Positions 49,804 through 59,306 of a stretch of DNA of 64,000 nucleotides are shown here, in pieces. Numbering within the stretch: the stretch's first letter is position 1; each line of letters opens with the position of its first letter. The notes below the pieces were generated by a model. The model ran no database searches. It saw only the letters and a program-made list of their open reading frames with translations, and had not been told where the DNA came from. The DNA lies in assembly GCA_041576975.1 (NCBI GenBank), contig JBFGJY010000001.1, positions 58,772 to 122,771 on the forward strand, in the 5' to 3' direction. Source of the stretch: Gammaproteobacteria bacterium. GTDB lineage: Bacteria > Pseudomonadota > Gammaproteobacteria > UBA4575. Made by a program: the position numbers and the translations under genes.

Positions 49804-52254
49804 TTAAAAAAGTTGTTCTGGAATTTCTATTTCCTCACCACCTTGCCGATAGGTAGCTTGATTATTAGTTTCCGCACTTTTCGTCGGCATGTATTCTTCC
49901 CGAAAGGTTTCTTCAATACCTTGACTACTATCTTGATCAACAAGTAATCCAGTCGTAGGGTCGATACGTAATGTCACTATTCCATCCGGTTGTCTTAGTG
50001 AGTTTTCTGGTTTACCTTCAAGCGCCGAGCGCATAAATTCAATCCATATTGGTAGTGCAGCCACACCACCGACTTCCCTACGGCCGAGTGGTTTATGTTG
50101 ATCAAATCCTACCCAAGCAGTAGCAACAATATCACCATTAAAACCACTGAACCACGCATCGTGCTGATCATTTGTGGTGCCGGTTTTTCCTGCTATGTCA
50201 CGGCGTCCTAATTCGCGTGCCTTTCTACCAGTACCGCGTTGAATGACATCCTGCATCATACTGACCATTTGATAAGCATTTTCTTTTGATAGCACTCGGT
50301 TGGCGCTTCGTATCTCTGTTACAATATTTAAATCATCACTTATCAAGTCATCACTATCTTTTTGCATTTGCTGCTGCAAGGCCTGACAATCTTCTTCACA
50401 AACCATGAGCGGACTCGATCGATATAAAACATCGCCTTTAATATCCTCAATTCGTTCAATAAAATAAGGTTCAATGTGATAGCCCCCATTGGCAAATACC
50501 GCGTATCCCGTGGCTAGCTCCAGTGGCGAGACAGAGCCTGAACCCAATGCTAAAGTCAAATCATAAGGTAATTGTTCTGGGTCAAACCCAAACTTGGTGA
50601 TGTGTTGCATGGCATGCCTACGGCCGATGTCTATAAGCAACCGAATCGAAACCATGTTGCGTGACTTCGTCAATGCATCACGTAATCGCGTGGGGCCAAA
50701 AAACTTACCGCTGTAATTTTGAGGACGCCAAGTATCTTCCAATGCAACATCTTCAAATACTACCGGCGCATCATTAATAATGCTGGCAGGGGTGTAGCCT
50801 GAATCTAACGCCGCAGAATATATAAAGGGCTTGAAGCTAGAGCCGGGTTGACGCTTTGCTTGGACAACACGATTAAACTTACTGTAATTATAATCATAGC
50901 CGCCCACTAAGGCTAATATGCTGCCGTTTTGTGGGTCAATGGCAACAAAAGCGCCCGCGACTTCAGGAATTTGAGTTAAGGACCATTGACCAGGCTCTGC
51001 TTCGACAACACGAATTATATCTCCTTGTGTAAATATTTTAGTAAAATCTTTAGGTTCTTTACCCATGACGTTTTCATTAACATAAGGTTTCGCCCATTTT
51101 GCTTTCTCTAAAAGCAAGTTAGACGTCTGTTGAGCACCTAGGTAAATTTCAATTTTTTGCGTATCAACTTTTGTAACAATTGCAGGAATTAGTCCGCCAA
51201 TTTCTTGCAAATTACTCAATGCTTCATCTAATTTTTCAAAATCAATTTCATTTGTATCCGTATACACAAGTTCCAGGCGAGATTCTGGTCCTCGAAATCC
51301 GTGGCGTTGATCGTAGGCTAGTAAACCATTGATAAGCGCAGGTTTCGCGATTTGTTGCAAACTGCTATCAATGGTGGTGAAGACGCGATGGCCCTTGTTG
51401 TACGCCTCGGTTCCGTAGGTTTCAACCATATAGGCCCTAGCCATTTCTCCAATATAGGGGGCATCAATTTCCACTCTAGGATAATGACGAGATGCTGTTA
51501 CAGGGGTCTCTAAAGAATGTTTATAGGATTCTTCATCTATGTAGCGCAGTTCTCGCATTCGCCCAAGAACGTAGTTGCGACGTAGTACCGCACGGTCAGC
51601 ATTAATAATTGGGTTAAATGCCGAAGGTGCTTTGGGTAGCCCTGCAATCATCGCGACTTGAGCAAGATTTAACGCATCTACGCTCAGACCATAATAAACA
51701 TCGGCAGCTGCTCCAACACCATAAGCACGATTACCCAAGTAAATTTTATTTAAGTAGAGCTCCAGGATTTCATTTTTACTAAGCTCATGCTCAATCCTGA
51801 GTGCTAAAAATATTTCCCTAAGCTTGCGTACGTAGGTGCGTTCACGTCCTAAAAAGAAATTTCTCGCCAACTGCATGGTGATGGTACTCCCCCCTTGGCG
51901 TTTTTCGCCGGTAAGGGCAACATCGATAGCAGCTCGAATTAAGCCTTGATAATCTACCCCCGGATGTGTAAAAAATCGGTCATCCTCTGCAGCTAGAAAT
52001 GCTTGAATAACTTGTGTGGGATAATCCTCAATATCTAGTGGTTGGCGCCGTTTCTCACCATATACCGCAATTAGCTTGCCATCGCGGCTATACACCTTAA
52101 GCGGTACTTGTAATTCAACGTCCTTAAGTGTAGCCACGCCAGGCAGCCCTGGTACAAAATAGATATATGCTCCTAAAGCGGTGATCCCTGCTACGACGGA
52201 CATCCCGAAAAATCCGATGAATATTAGGCGTAAAAGCTTTAAAAACAAGGGCAT
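49804..52254 (-). CDS. mrcA: Penicillin-binding protein 1A (bifunctional glycosyltransferase/transpeptidase)
   Basis: GT51 motifs (EDDRFF.H.G.D, GGSTITMQLA, RKL.E), transpeptidase SxxK (SSFKP), SRN and KTGT; 816 aa. Divergent from pilM, as in many gammaproteobacteria. Confidence 0.95.
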   Translation of the reverse strand: MPLFLKLLRLIFIGFFGMSVVAGITALGAYIYFVPGLPGVATLKDVELQVPLKVYSRDGKLIAVYGEKRRQPLDIEDYPTQVIQAFLAAEDDRFFTHPGVDYQGLIRAAIDVALTGEKRQGGSTITMQLARNFFLGRERTYVRKLREIFLALRIEHELSKNEILELYLNKIYLGNRAYGVGAAADVYYGLSVDALNLAQVAMIAGLPKAPSAFNPIINADRAVLRRNYVLGRMRELRYIDEESYKHSLETPVTASRHYPRVEIDAPYIGEMARAYMVETYGTEAYNKGHRVFTTIDSSLQQIAKPALINGLLAYDQRHGFRGPESRLELVYTDTNEIDFEKLDEALSNLQEIGGLIPAIVTKVDTQKIEIYLGAQQTSNLLLEKAKWAKPYVNENVMGKEPKDFTKIFTQGDIIRVVEAEPGQWSLTQIPEVAGAFVAIDPQNGSILALVGGYDYNYSKFNRVVQAKRQPGSSFKPFIYSAALDSGYTPASIINDAPVVFEDVALEDTWRPQNYSGKFFGPTRLRDALTKSRNMVSIRLLIDIGRRHAMQHITKFGFDPEQLPYDLTLALGSGSVSPLELATGYAVFANGGYHIEPYFIERIEDIKGDVLYRSSPLMVCEEDCQALQQQMQKDSDDLISDDLNIVTEIRSANRVLSKENAYQMVSMMQDVIQRGTGRKARELGRRDIAGKTGTTNDQHDAWFSGFNGDIVATAWVGFDQHKPLGRREVGGVAALPIWIEFMRSALEGKPENSLRQPDGIVTLRIDPTTGLLVDQDSSQGIEETFREEYMPTKSAETNNQATYRQGGEEIEIPEQLF

Positions 52255-52413
52255 AACCTTACAATGTACGTTGCTGTAGTGAGTTATCGAACGGACCCGA
52301 TATCAAATCCTAATTTAAGCAGTACAGCAAGTATTTTGCTTAACACACCGATTGATATAGAGTTACGTACTTTCCATTAATACAGACATATATAATACAT
52401 ACATAACAATCGC

Positions 52414-52546
52414 AAATTTAGATAATTAGATACAAACGTGCTGCTCTTCAATAAAAACCCTGTGATATATAAATAATATATAACTATTGTAAATTTAAGT
52501 AATTAGATACAAACGTGCTGCTCTTCAATAAAAATAAAGGCCCTGT
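52414..52546 (+). repeat. Imperfect direct duplication (77-bp period) of the pilM translation start region
   Basis: Copy 1 is 52414..52463 and copy 2 is 52491..52546. They share aaattta..taattagatacaaacGTGctgctcttcaataaaaa...ccctgt, with a perfect 35-nt core (52423..52457 = 52500..52534), 2 mismatches and a 6-nt indel. Copy 2 holds the real pilM GTG. Confidence 0.85.
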
Positions 52547-53576
52547 AATTGGCTTGGATATTAGCTCTTCATCTGTAAAGGCTATGGAGTTTTCTCAAAC
52601 TGGAAGTGGTTATCGTGTTGATCATTATGGTGTCGAGCCCCTTCCTCCCAATGCAGTTACTGAAAAAGTAATCTCAGACGTCGATGCGGTAGGTGAAAGC
52701 ATTCGACAAGTCATGAAAAAGGCAAATTCCAAGGCAAAAAATTGCTGTTTAGCAGTCGCGGGTTCAGCGGTAATTACTAAGGTAATAAATATGCCTGCAA
52801 ACTTAAGTGAAGAGGACTTGGAAGCGCAAATTCAGCTAGAAGCGGATCAGTATATTCCCTATGCACTTGAAGAAGTAAATTTAGACTTTGATGTATTAGG
52901 TCAAACTGAAGACAACCCGGATACAATCGATGTGCTATTAGCGGCATCACGTAGTGAAAACGTCGACATGCGTATTGCTGCAGCAGAAGCCGCAGGACTT
53001 ACACCTATTGTGGTCGATGTTGAAGCCTATGCAATCGAAAATGTATTCCCACTAATTGTTGACACCGTTGCAGATCAAGGTCGTGGTAAAACTGTGGCAG
53101 TGCTTGATATTGGCGCCACCATGACAAGTTTAAATGTCCTTCAAGATCACAAAATGGTTTACACGCGCGAGCAGCCATTTGGTGGTAAACAACTTACCGA
53201 AGAAATCATGCATCAATACGGACTTACTTATGAAGAGGCCGGTCTAGCCAAAAAAGAGGGTGGTCTACCAGAAAATTATGTATCAGATTTATTAGAGCCC
53301 TTTAAGAATACAGCAGCACAGCAAGCTAATCGTTTTTTACAGTTTTATTATTCGGCCAGTCAGCATGTAACGGTTGATCATCTGCTCCTAGCAGGAGGTT
53401 GTGCAGCAATTCCTGGCTTGGATGAAAAAATTGCAAAAGAAATAGGTATTACTACCACTATTGCTAACCCCTTTAGTCAACTTTCTCTGGGATCTAAAAT
53501 TAACCCACATGCGTTGGGTGGCGATGCCCCATCCATGCTTATTGCTTGTGGGCTCGCATTACGGGCATTCGACTAA
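52515..53576 (+). CDS. pilM: Type IV pilus assembly protein PilM
   Basis: GTG start. The N-terminus LLFNKNKGPVIGLDISSSSVKAMEFS matches the PilM pattern and the fold is actin-like ATPase; 353 aa. Confidence 0.93.
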   Translation: MLLFNKNKGPVIGLDISSSSVKAMEFSQTGSGYRVDHYGVEPLPPNAVTEKVISDVDAVGESIRQVMKKANSKAKNCCLAVAGSAVITKVINMPANLSEEDLEAQIQLEADQYIPYALEEVNLDFDVLGQTEDNPDTIDVLLAASRSENVDMRIAAAEAAGLTPIVVDVEAYAIENVFPLIVDTVADQGRGKTVAVLDIGATMTSLNVLQDHKMVYTREQPFGGKQLTEEIMHQYGLTYEEAGLAKKEGGLPENYVSDLLEPFKNTAAQQANRFLQFYYSASQHVTVDHLLLAGGCAAIPGLDEKIAKEIGITTTIANPFSQLSLGSKINPHALGGDAPSMLIACGLALRAFD

Positions 53577-53577
53577 G

Positions 53578-54147
53578 ATGGCAAGAATTAATTTATTACC
53601 ATGGCGGGAAACGCGACGTCACGAGCAACAAAAAGAGTTTTTTACGCTGATGGGTATAGCTGCGGCACTATGCGCAGTTGTTGTGCTTATGACGCATTTC
53701 GAAATTAACGGAAGAATTGGTCATCAGGACAGGCGAAACCAGTATCTTACTAATGAAATAAAAATACTTGACGACAAGATTAGAGAAATTAAAAAACTGG
53801 ATTCAACCAGACAGGCATTGATTGAACGTATGGAAGTCATACAAAATTTACAAGCTGCACGTCCTGGTATCGTGCATTTGTTTGATGAACTAGTAAAGAC
53901 ATTGCCTGAAGGTGCACACCTTGTAAGTCTTAAACAGTCTGAAAACAATTTGCAAATCGCTGGACGAGCTGAGTCCAATGCGCGAGTTTCTTCTTATATG
54001 CGTAATATTGAAGCTTCAGAATGGTTAACAAAACCTAGTCTTGGAGTAATTGAGACAAAGGAAACAGAACTTGCGCGCATCAGTAACTTCAATCTGACTG
54101 CTTTGCAAACAAATCCTAATATTGAAAGTAATTCTGAAGACGAATAA
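53578..54147 (+). CDS. pilN: Type IV pilus assembly protein PilN
   Basis: MARINLLPWRE N-terminus followed by a TM helix. The ATG at 53578 lies 1 nt after the pilM stop; the track ORF start at 53461 is an upstream extension overlapping pilM. Confidence 0.9.
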   Translation: MARINLLPWRETRRHEQQKEFFTLMGIAAALCAVVVLMTHFEINGRIGHQDRRNQYLTNEIKILDDKIREIKKLDSTRQALIERMEVIQNLQAARPGIVHLFDELVKTLPEGAHLVSLKQSENNLQIAGRAESNARVSSYMRNIEASEWLTKPSLGVIETKETELARISNFNLTALQTNPNIESNSEDE

Positions 54148-54151
54148 AAGT

Positions 54152-54736
54152 ATGGATTTTTTAGAAGAATTAAGAAATACAAACCTTACTAATATCGGTA
54201 CAGCACCGCTGTTTGTAAAGGTACTGCTGATTGGAATTGTCTGTCTTGGAATTCTGTTTGCCGGATATTACTTGCATCATAAAAATCAGCTCGAAGATTT
54301 AAAGCGAGTTCAAGCTAAAGAGCAAGAACTCAGAAAAACATTTGAGACCAAGGCAGAAAAAGCGGCTAACCTTGAATTATATAAGGTGCAATTAGAAGAG
54401 ATGCGTCGAACATTTGGTACCTTGTTGCGTCAATTGCCTAGCAAGACCGAAATTCCTGCCCTTATTGTTGATATATCACAAACAGGTCTAGCCAGTGGTT
54501 TGGAAATTGAGTTATTCAGACCAAAAGCTGAATCTAGACAAGAATTTTATGCTGAAAAACCTATAGATTTAAGAGTAAAAGGTGACTATCACCAATTTGG
54601 TACATTTGCGAGCGAAATCGCGGCATTGCCACGTATTGTAACTCTACATAATATTTCTCTTACTCCAGAAGAGGAAAAAATGACCATGACAGCTACGGTA
54701 AAGACTTATCGGTATTTAGATGAGGATGAACAATGA
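54152..54736 (+). CDS. pilO: Type IV pilus assembly protein PilO
   Basis: The ATG at 54152 follows the pilN stop at 54147. TM helix, coiled coil and an EIPALIVDISQTG..SGLE motif. Confidence 0.88.
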   Translation: MDFLEELRNTNLTNIGTAPLFVKVLLIGIVCLGILFAGYYLHHKNQLEDLKRVQAKEQELRKTFETKAEKAANLELYKVQLEEMRRTFGTLLRQLPSKTEIPALIVDISQTGLASGLEIELFRPKAESRQEFYAEKPIDLRVKGDYHQFGTFASEIAALPRIVTLHNISLTPEEEKMTMTATVKTYRYLDEDEQ

Positions 54737-55281
54737 AAATTAGAATTGCCATCAATCTGAATCTGATTTTTTTTACAATTTTAATTTTAGTAGTAACGCT
54801 ATTTGCTGGTTGTGGACGAGAAATGCGTGATCTAGAAGACTATGTTGAAGAAGTAAAATCACGTGAGCCGCCTGGTATAGACCCTATTCCTGAAGTCAAA
54901 CCGTATCAAAGCTATAAATACCAGGCTAATAATCAACGTAATCCATTCGATGCTTCAATTTTTCAAGCCAAGATTGTTGAAAAAATAAAAAGGCCCAATT
55001 CATCGATTTCCCCTGACCCCAATCGAACACCTGAGTTTCTAGAAAATTTTCCATTGGATAGCTTGCGCATGGTGGGCACCTTAGAGCAAAGGGGAAGTTT
55101 GTGGGCATTAATTCAAACGCCAGAAAAAACAATTCAGCGAATTTCTTCGGGCAACTATGTAGGCCAAAATAATGGGAAAGTCTTAGAAGTCTCTGACGCA
55201 GGAATAAAGATTGAAGAAATTGTTCCAGATGGTTTTGGCGGATGGCGCAAACGAGATGGCTCAATTGCGTTAAGTGAGTAG
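54733..55281 (+). CDS. pilP: Type IV pilus assembly lipoprotein PilP
   Basis: Lipobox LFAGCG, ATGA overlap with pilO, and the conserved C-terminal beta domain (L..LR.VG.L......ALI). Confidence 0.85.
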   Translation: MKIRIAINLNLIFFTILILVVTLFAGCGREMRDLEDYVEEVKSREPPGIDPIPEVKPYQSYKYQANNQRNPFDASIFQAKIVEKIKRPNSSISPDPNRTPEFLENFPLDSLRMVGTLEQRGSLWALIQTPEKTIQRISSGNYVGQNNGKVLEVSDAGIKIEEIVPDGFGGWRKRDGSIALSE

Positions 55282-55367
55282 TAAATCACATTCACTAGCA
55301 AGATAGATATAGATGATGACAGAACTTCTTTTTTAGGGAAAGCTAATATACTAAGGGGCAATATGCC

Positions 55368-57536
55368 ATGAACGATACAAAACAAACTTTATCTACATTT
55401 CAATCAATGGATTCATTTGATTGTGGATCAAATTATTGGAGATTAGCGCATAAAACCCTATTTTTAGTGTTGCTTCTTATACTAGCTTCAGTCGCACAAG
55501 CACAAAATGTACTTCAAGATATTAAGTATGCAAGTTTGCCTAACGAACAGATTCAGTTGTCATTTCAATTTTCAGGCACACCACCAGAACCACTTGCATT
55601 TACTATCGACAATCCAGCACGCATTGCATTAGATTTTGCAGGTACGAATAATGAATTAGCTAACCGGTTCCAAGAAATCGGTATTGGTGTGGCGCAAAGT
55701 GTAAATACTGCAGAAGCAAAAGGGCGAACTCGAGTCGTCGTTAACCTTACCCGTATGCAAGACTATCGAACAAGTATATCGGGAAACAATCTCATTCTAA
55801 CTATAGGTACCGGCGCTGGCGATGTGAGCCAACCACAAGTAGTGAGCAGAGCTGATACTGCAAAACCATCCATATCATCACCAATATCTACCAGTGCTTA
55901 TAAAATTAATAATGTTGATTTTCGTCGTGGTGAAGGAGGTGCAGGGCGAATTGTAATTGAACTTTCTAGTCCCAGGATACCCATCAACTTACGCGAACAA
56001 GGTGGGCGCATCCTCGTTGATTTTTCTAATACCTCTTTACCAAGTAATTTAAGCAAACGTTTAGATGTGGTTGATTTTGCAACTCCTGTGCAACTTATAG
56101 AGACATTTGCTGATGGGCCAAATACAAAGATGATTATATCTCCGGATACAAGCAAAGTGTTTGAACACCTTGCATATCAATCTGAAAATCAATATGTAGT
56201 TGAAGTCCGCGAAATACCAGAAGAGGTAATTGAGCAACGTAAAAAAGATGTGTTCGAGGGCGAGAGACTTTCCCTCAACTTTCAAGATATAGAGGTCCGG
56301 TCTGTACTCCAACTCATAGCTGACTTTACCAACCTGAATATGGTAGTCAGTGACGCGGTTTCTGGAAACTTAACTTTACGTTTAAAAAATGTTCCATGGG
56401 ATCAGGCGCTAGATATCATATTAAAGACCAAAGGACTCGGTAAGCGTGAAACTGGCAATGTCATTTATGTGGCTCCAAGTGAAGAGATCGCCGCTCGTGA
56501 AAAATTGGAGCTAGAATCTCAACAACAAGTTCAAGAACTGGCACCGCTACGCTCTGAGTTTATACAAGTTAATTATGCTCGAGCATCTGATTTCGCAGCA
56601 CTTTTAAAATCACCTGATAACACATTATTGTCGGAACGAGGCAATGTCACGGTAGACGAACGCACGAATAATTTATTAGTTCAAGATACTGCATTGAAGC
56701 TTAATGAAATTCGACGTTTAGTAGATAGACTCGATGTTCCAGTAAAACAAGTGCTCATAGAGTCGCGCATTGTCATCGCTAATGATGATTTTAGTAGATC
56801 CCTTGGAGTACGGTTTGGCATTTCAAATAGAGATAATGACGTTGTTGATGATAGTGACTTTGATGCGATTGCTGGAAACTTAGAAGGCACAGACCAGGCA
56901 TTAAGTGGTGCCGATATTTCTTTAAACAACCGATTAAATGTGAACCTACCTGCTTCAGCTGCGACGGGTAGTATAGGATTAGCGCTAGCTAAATTACCTC
57001 TGGGTCTACTTCTTGATTTAGAACTCTCAGCGGCTCAAGCAGAAAGTCGAGCTGAAGTGGTCTCCACTCCACGGGTAATTGCATCCAATCAAACCACTGC
57101 GCGCATCGAACAAGGTACTGAAATACCATTTCAATCTGCTACATCAAGCGGTGCAACTGATGTTGAATTTAAAAAAGCAGTGTTGTCATTAGAAGTTACA
57201 CCACAAATTACACCAGATGACAGAGTTTCGATGAAACTCAAGGTCACTAATGACAGCATAGGTGAAGAAGTTCCATCTGGCTTTGGTGGCTTTATTCCAT
57301 CGATTGATACCAATGAAGTGCAAACAGATGTACTTGTTGATAATGGCCAAACTATTGTACTTGGAGGAGTTTATACACAAGACAAATCAGATTCTGTTAG
57401 TCGGGTACCTTTTTTCTCTGATTTACCATTATTAGGTTTTCTCTTCAAATCTACAACAATAAGAGACGATAAAGCTGAACTACTCATCTTTATTACACCT
57501 AAAATTATTAGTGAGCAGCTGACTTTGGTTCGTTAA
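55368..57536 (+). CDS. pilQ: Type IV pilus secretin PilQ
   Basis: 722 aa. Signal peptide, two AMIN-like repeats (PARIALDF / GGRILVDF) and a secretin C-domain (VPFFSDLPLLGFLFK, LLIFITPKI). Confidence 0.95.
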   Translation: MNDTKQTLSTFQSMDSFDCGSNYWRLAHKTLFLVLLLILASVAQAQNVLQDIKYASLPNEQIQLSFQFSGTPPEPLAFTIDNPARIALDFAGTNNELANRFQEIGIGVAQSVNTAEAKGRTRVVVNLTRMQDYRTSISGNNLILTIGTGAGDVSQPQVVSRADTAKPSISSPISTSAYKINNVDFRRGEGGAGRIVIELSSPRIPINLREQGGRILVDFSNTSLPSNLSKRLDVVDFATPVQLIETFADGPNTKMIISPDTSKVFEHLAYQSENQYVVEVREIPEEVIEQRKKDVFEGERLSLNFQDIEVRSVLQLIADFTNLNMVVSDAVSGNLTLRLKNVPWDQALDIILKTKGLGKRETGNVIYVAPSEEIAAREKLELESQQQVQELAPLRSEFIQVNYARASDFAALLKSPDNTLLSERGNVTVDERTNNLLVQDTALKLNEIRRLVDRLDVPVKQVLIESRIVIANDDFSRSLGVRFGISNRDNDVVDDSDFDAIAGNLEGTDQALSGADISLNNRLNVNLPASAATGSIGLALAKLPLGLLLDLELSAAQAESRAEVVSTPRVIASNQTTARIEQGTEIPFQSATSSGATDVEFKKAVLSLEVTPQITPDDRVSMKLKVTNDSIGEEVPSGFGGFIPSIDTNEVQTDVLVDNGQTIVLGGVYTQDKSDSVSRVPFFSDLPLLGFLFKSTTIRDDKAELLIFITPKIISEQLTLVR

Positions 57537-57560
57537 TAATTAAATTTTAATTATTTATTA

Positions 57561-57596
57561 AAAGGCCCTCTCTTATTGTGAGGGCTTTTTTGTTTT
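57561..57596 (+). terminator. Rho-independent terminator after pilQ
   Basis: aaaGGCCCTCtcttattgtGAGGGCttttttgtttt: a GC stem followed by a T-run, 25 nt after the pilQ stop. Confidence 0.8.
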
Positions 57597-57660
57597 GGTC
57601 TATACTCTCTTCCATCTTCTTGTAAGTGGTACGACATCTTAAATTAAATTCAATTATTTA

Positions 57661-58176
57661 GTGAAAACTAAAAATATTATTCTTATTGGCACAATGGGTG
57701 CCGGGAAATCGACTGTAGGACGGAGATTGGCAAAAAGACTGGGGACTCAGTTTTATGATAGTGACAAAGTTATACAGAAAAAAACAGGTGTCGACATTCC
57801 CACAGTTTTTGAATACGAAGGCGAAAGCGGCTTTCGAATACGGGAAGAAAAAGTCATTAGTGAATTATGTCAGTTAGAAGGCATTGTACTCGCTACTGGT
57901 GGAGGAGCTGTTCTCTCTGATAATACAAGACACCTATTATCTTCAAGAGGCATAGTATTTTATTTAAAGGCCTCTGTTGATACGCTTCTTAAACGCACAC
58001 AAGGCGATACTAGTCGCCCATTGCTTAATGCGTTAAATAAACAAAAGACAATATCTGCACTATTGCAACAAAGAGAACCGCTGTATCAAGAAATAGCAGA
58101 TCATATAATCAAAACTGATCACCACACTACTAACTGGACTGTAGATCAAATTTTAAAACGCATTAATCATATGTGA
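57661..58176 (+). CDS. aroK: Shikimate kinase
   Basis: GTG start, Walker A IGTMGAGKSTVGR and GGG motif; 171 aa. Confidence 0.93.
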   Translation: MKTKNIILIGTMGAGKSTVGRRLAKRLGTQFYDSDKVIQKKTGVDIPTVFEYEGESGFRIREEKVISELCQLEGIVLATGGGAVLSDNTRHLLSSRGIVFYLKASVDTLLKRTQGDTSRPLLNALNKQKTISALLQQREPLYQEIADHIIKTDHHTTNWTVDQILKRINHM

Positions 58177-58216
58177 ATCCCTATAGAATAAGGCGTATCA
58201 AAAGAAATTCTCGATA

Positions 58217-59302
58217 ATGACCACATTTGAAGTACAGCTAGGCAAGCGTAGTTATCCGATCTATATCGGTGAAAAGATCCTTGAACAAGCGCTTTACCTG
58301 CACAAACATATCCATGGTGATAGAGTTTTTGTTATTAGTAATGAAAAAGTTGCGCCCTTATACTTAGAGGCTATATTAAAAAACTGTGAGCAGTATCGTT
58401 CTCATCATATGATTCTTCCTGATGGCGAATCGTATAAATCCTTAGATACCATGAATCTTATATACAGCGCATTATTAGAGAACCATTGTGATAGGAGTAC
58501 AACTTTAATAGCCTTGGGAGGCGGTGTAATTGGAGATATTACTGGTTTTGCAGCAGCTACGTATCAACGCGGTGTGAACTTCATTCAAATTCCTACTACA
58601 TTACTTGCGCAAGTCGATTCATCTGTTGGTGGCAAAACGGGTGTTAATCATAAGTTAGGAAAGAACATGATTGGCGCTTTTTACCAACCACAATGCGTCA
58701 TCGCAGATCTAACCACTCTAAACACACTGGACAACCGAGAACTTAGTGCGGGTATAGCTGAGATTATTAAGTATGGCCTTATACGCGATGCCGATTTTTT
58801 TGATTGGTTAGAACAAAATATTGATAAGCTAGTAGCACGTGATCCCGAAGCCCTTGCATATGCAGTAGTTTGTTCATGTAAAAATAAAGCTCAGATCGTT
58901 GCTGAAGATGAGTTGGAACAAACTGGAAAACGCGCATTATTAAATTACGGGCATACTTTTGGTCATGCGATTGAAACGGGTACGGGCTATGGAGTATGGC
59001 TACATGGAGAAGCCGTTGCATGTGGCATGCTCATGGCAGCAGCACTATCCATTAAACTAGGATGGTTAACTGAGCAAGATTATGCACGTGTAGTTAATCT
59101 ATTAGAGATTGCCAATTTACCTAAAGAGCCACCTGCAGAAATGCATATTGCTGAATTTATAAAGCTAATGGCAGTGGATAAAAAATCACTCGCGGGAAAA
59201 CTACATCTAGTTCTTCTTAAAGGCATTGGTAATGCAATATTAACATCAGACTTTCCAACGTCATCATTAGAAGACGTATTGCGAGAATTCTGTAAAGTAT
59301 AA
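58217..59302 (+). CDS. aroB: 3-dehydroquinate synthase
   Basis: GGGVIGD, VDSSVGGKTGVN and NYGHTFGHAIE motifs; 361 aa. Confidence 0.95.
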   Translation: MTTFEVQLGKRSYPIYIGEKILEQALYLHKHIHGDRVFVISNEKVAPLYLEAILKNCEQYRSHHMILPDGESYKSLDTMNLIYSALLENHCDRSTTLIALGGGVIGDITGFAAATYQRGVNFIQIPTTLLAQVDSSVGGKTGVNHKLGKNMIGAFYQPQCVIADLTTLNTLDNRELSAGIAEIIKYGLIRDADFFDWLEQNIDKLVARDPEALAYAVVCSCKNKAQIVAEDELEQTGKRALLNYGHTFGHAIETGTGYGVWLHGEAVACGMLMAAALSIKLGWLTEQDYARVVNLLEIANLPKEPPAEMHIAEFIKLMAVDKKSLAGKLHLVLLKGIGNAILTSDFPTSSLEDVLREFCKV

Positions 59303-59306
59303 GCAC

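Noticed and set aside
52414-52546. Possible CRISPR or tandem-repeat array at the pilM leader
   Set aside because: There are only two copies, and the repeat includes coding sequence of pilM. There are no cas genes and no spacer-repeat regularity. It is treated as a local duplication instead.
53461-53577. Upstream extension of pilN (track start at 53461) and of pilO (54122), plsY (45400) and tsaD (47122)
   Set aside because: The extensions overlap upstream genes or add non-conserved N-termini. Internal ATGs give the canonical family N-termini: MARINLLPWR, MDFLEEL, MNFLD..AYLLGSI and [13 protein letters not shown].
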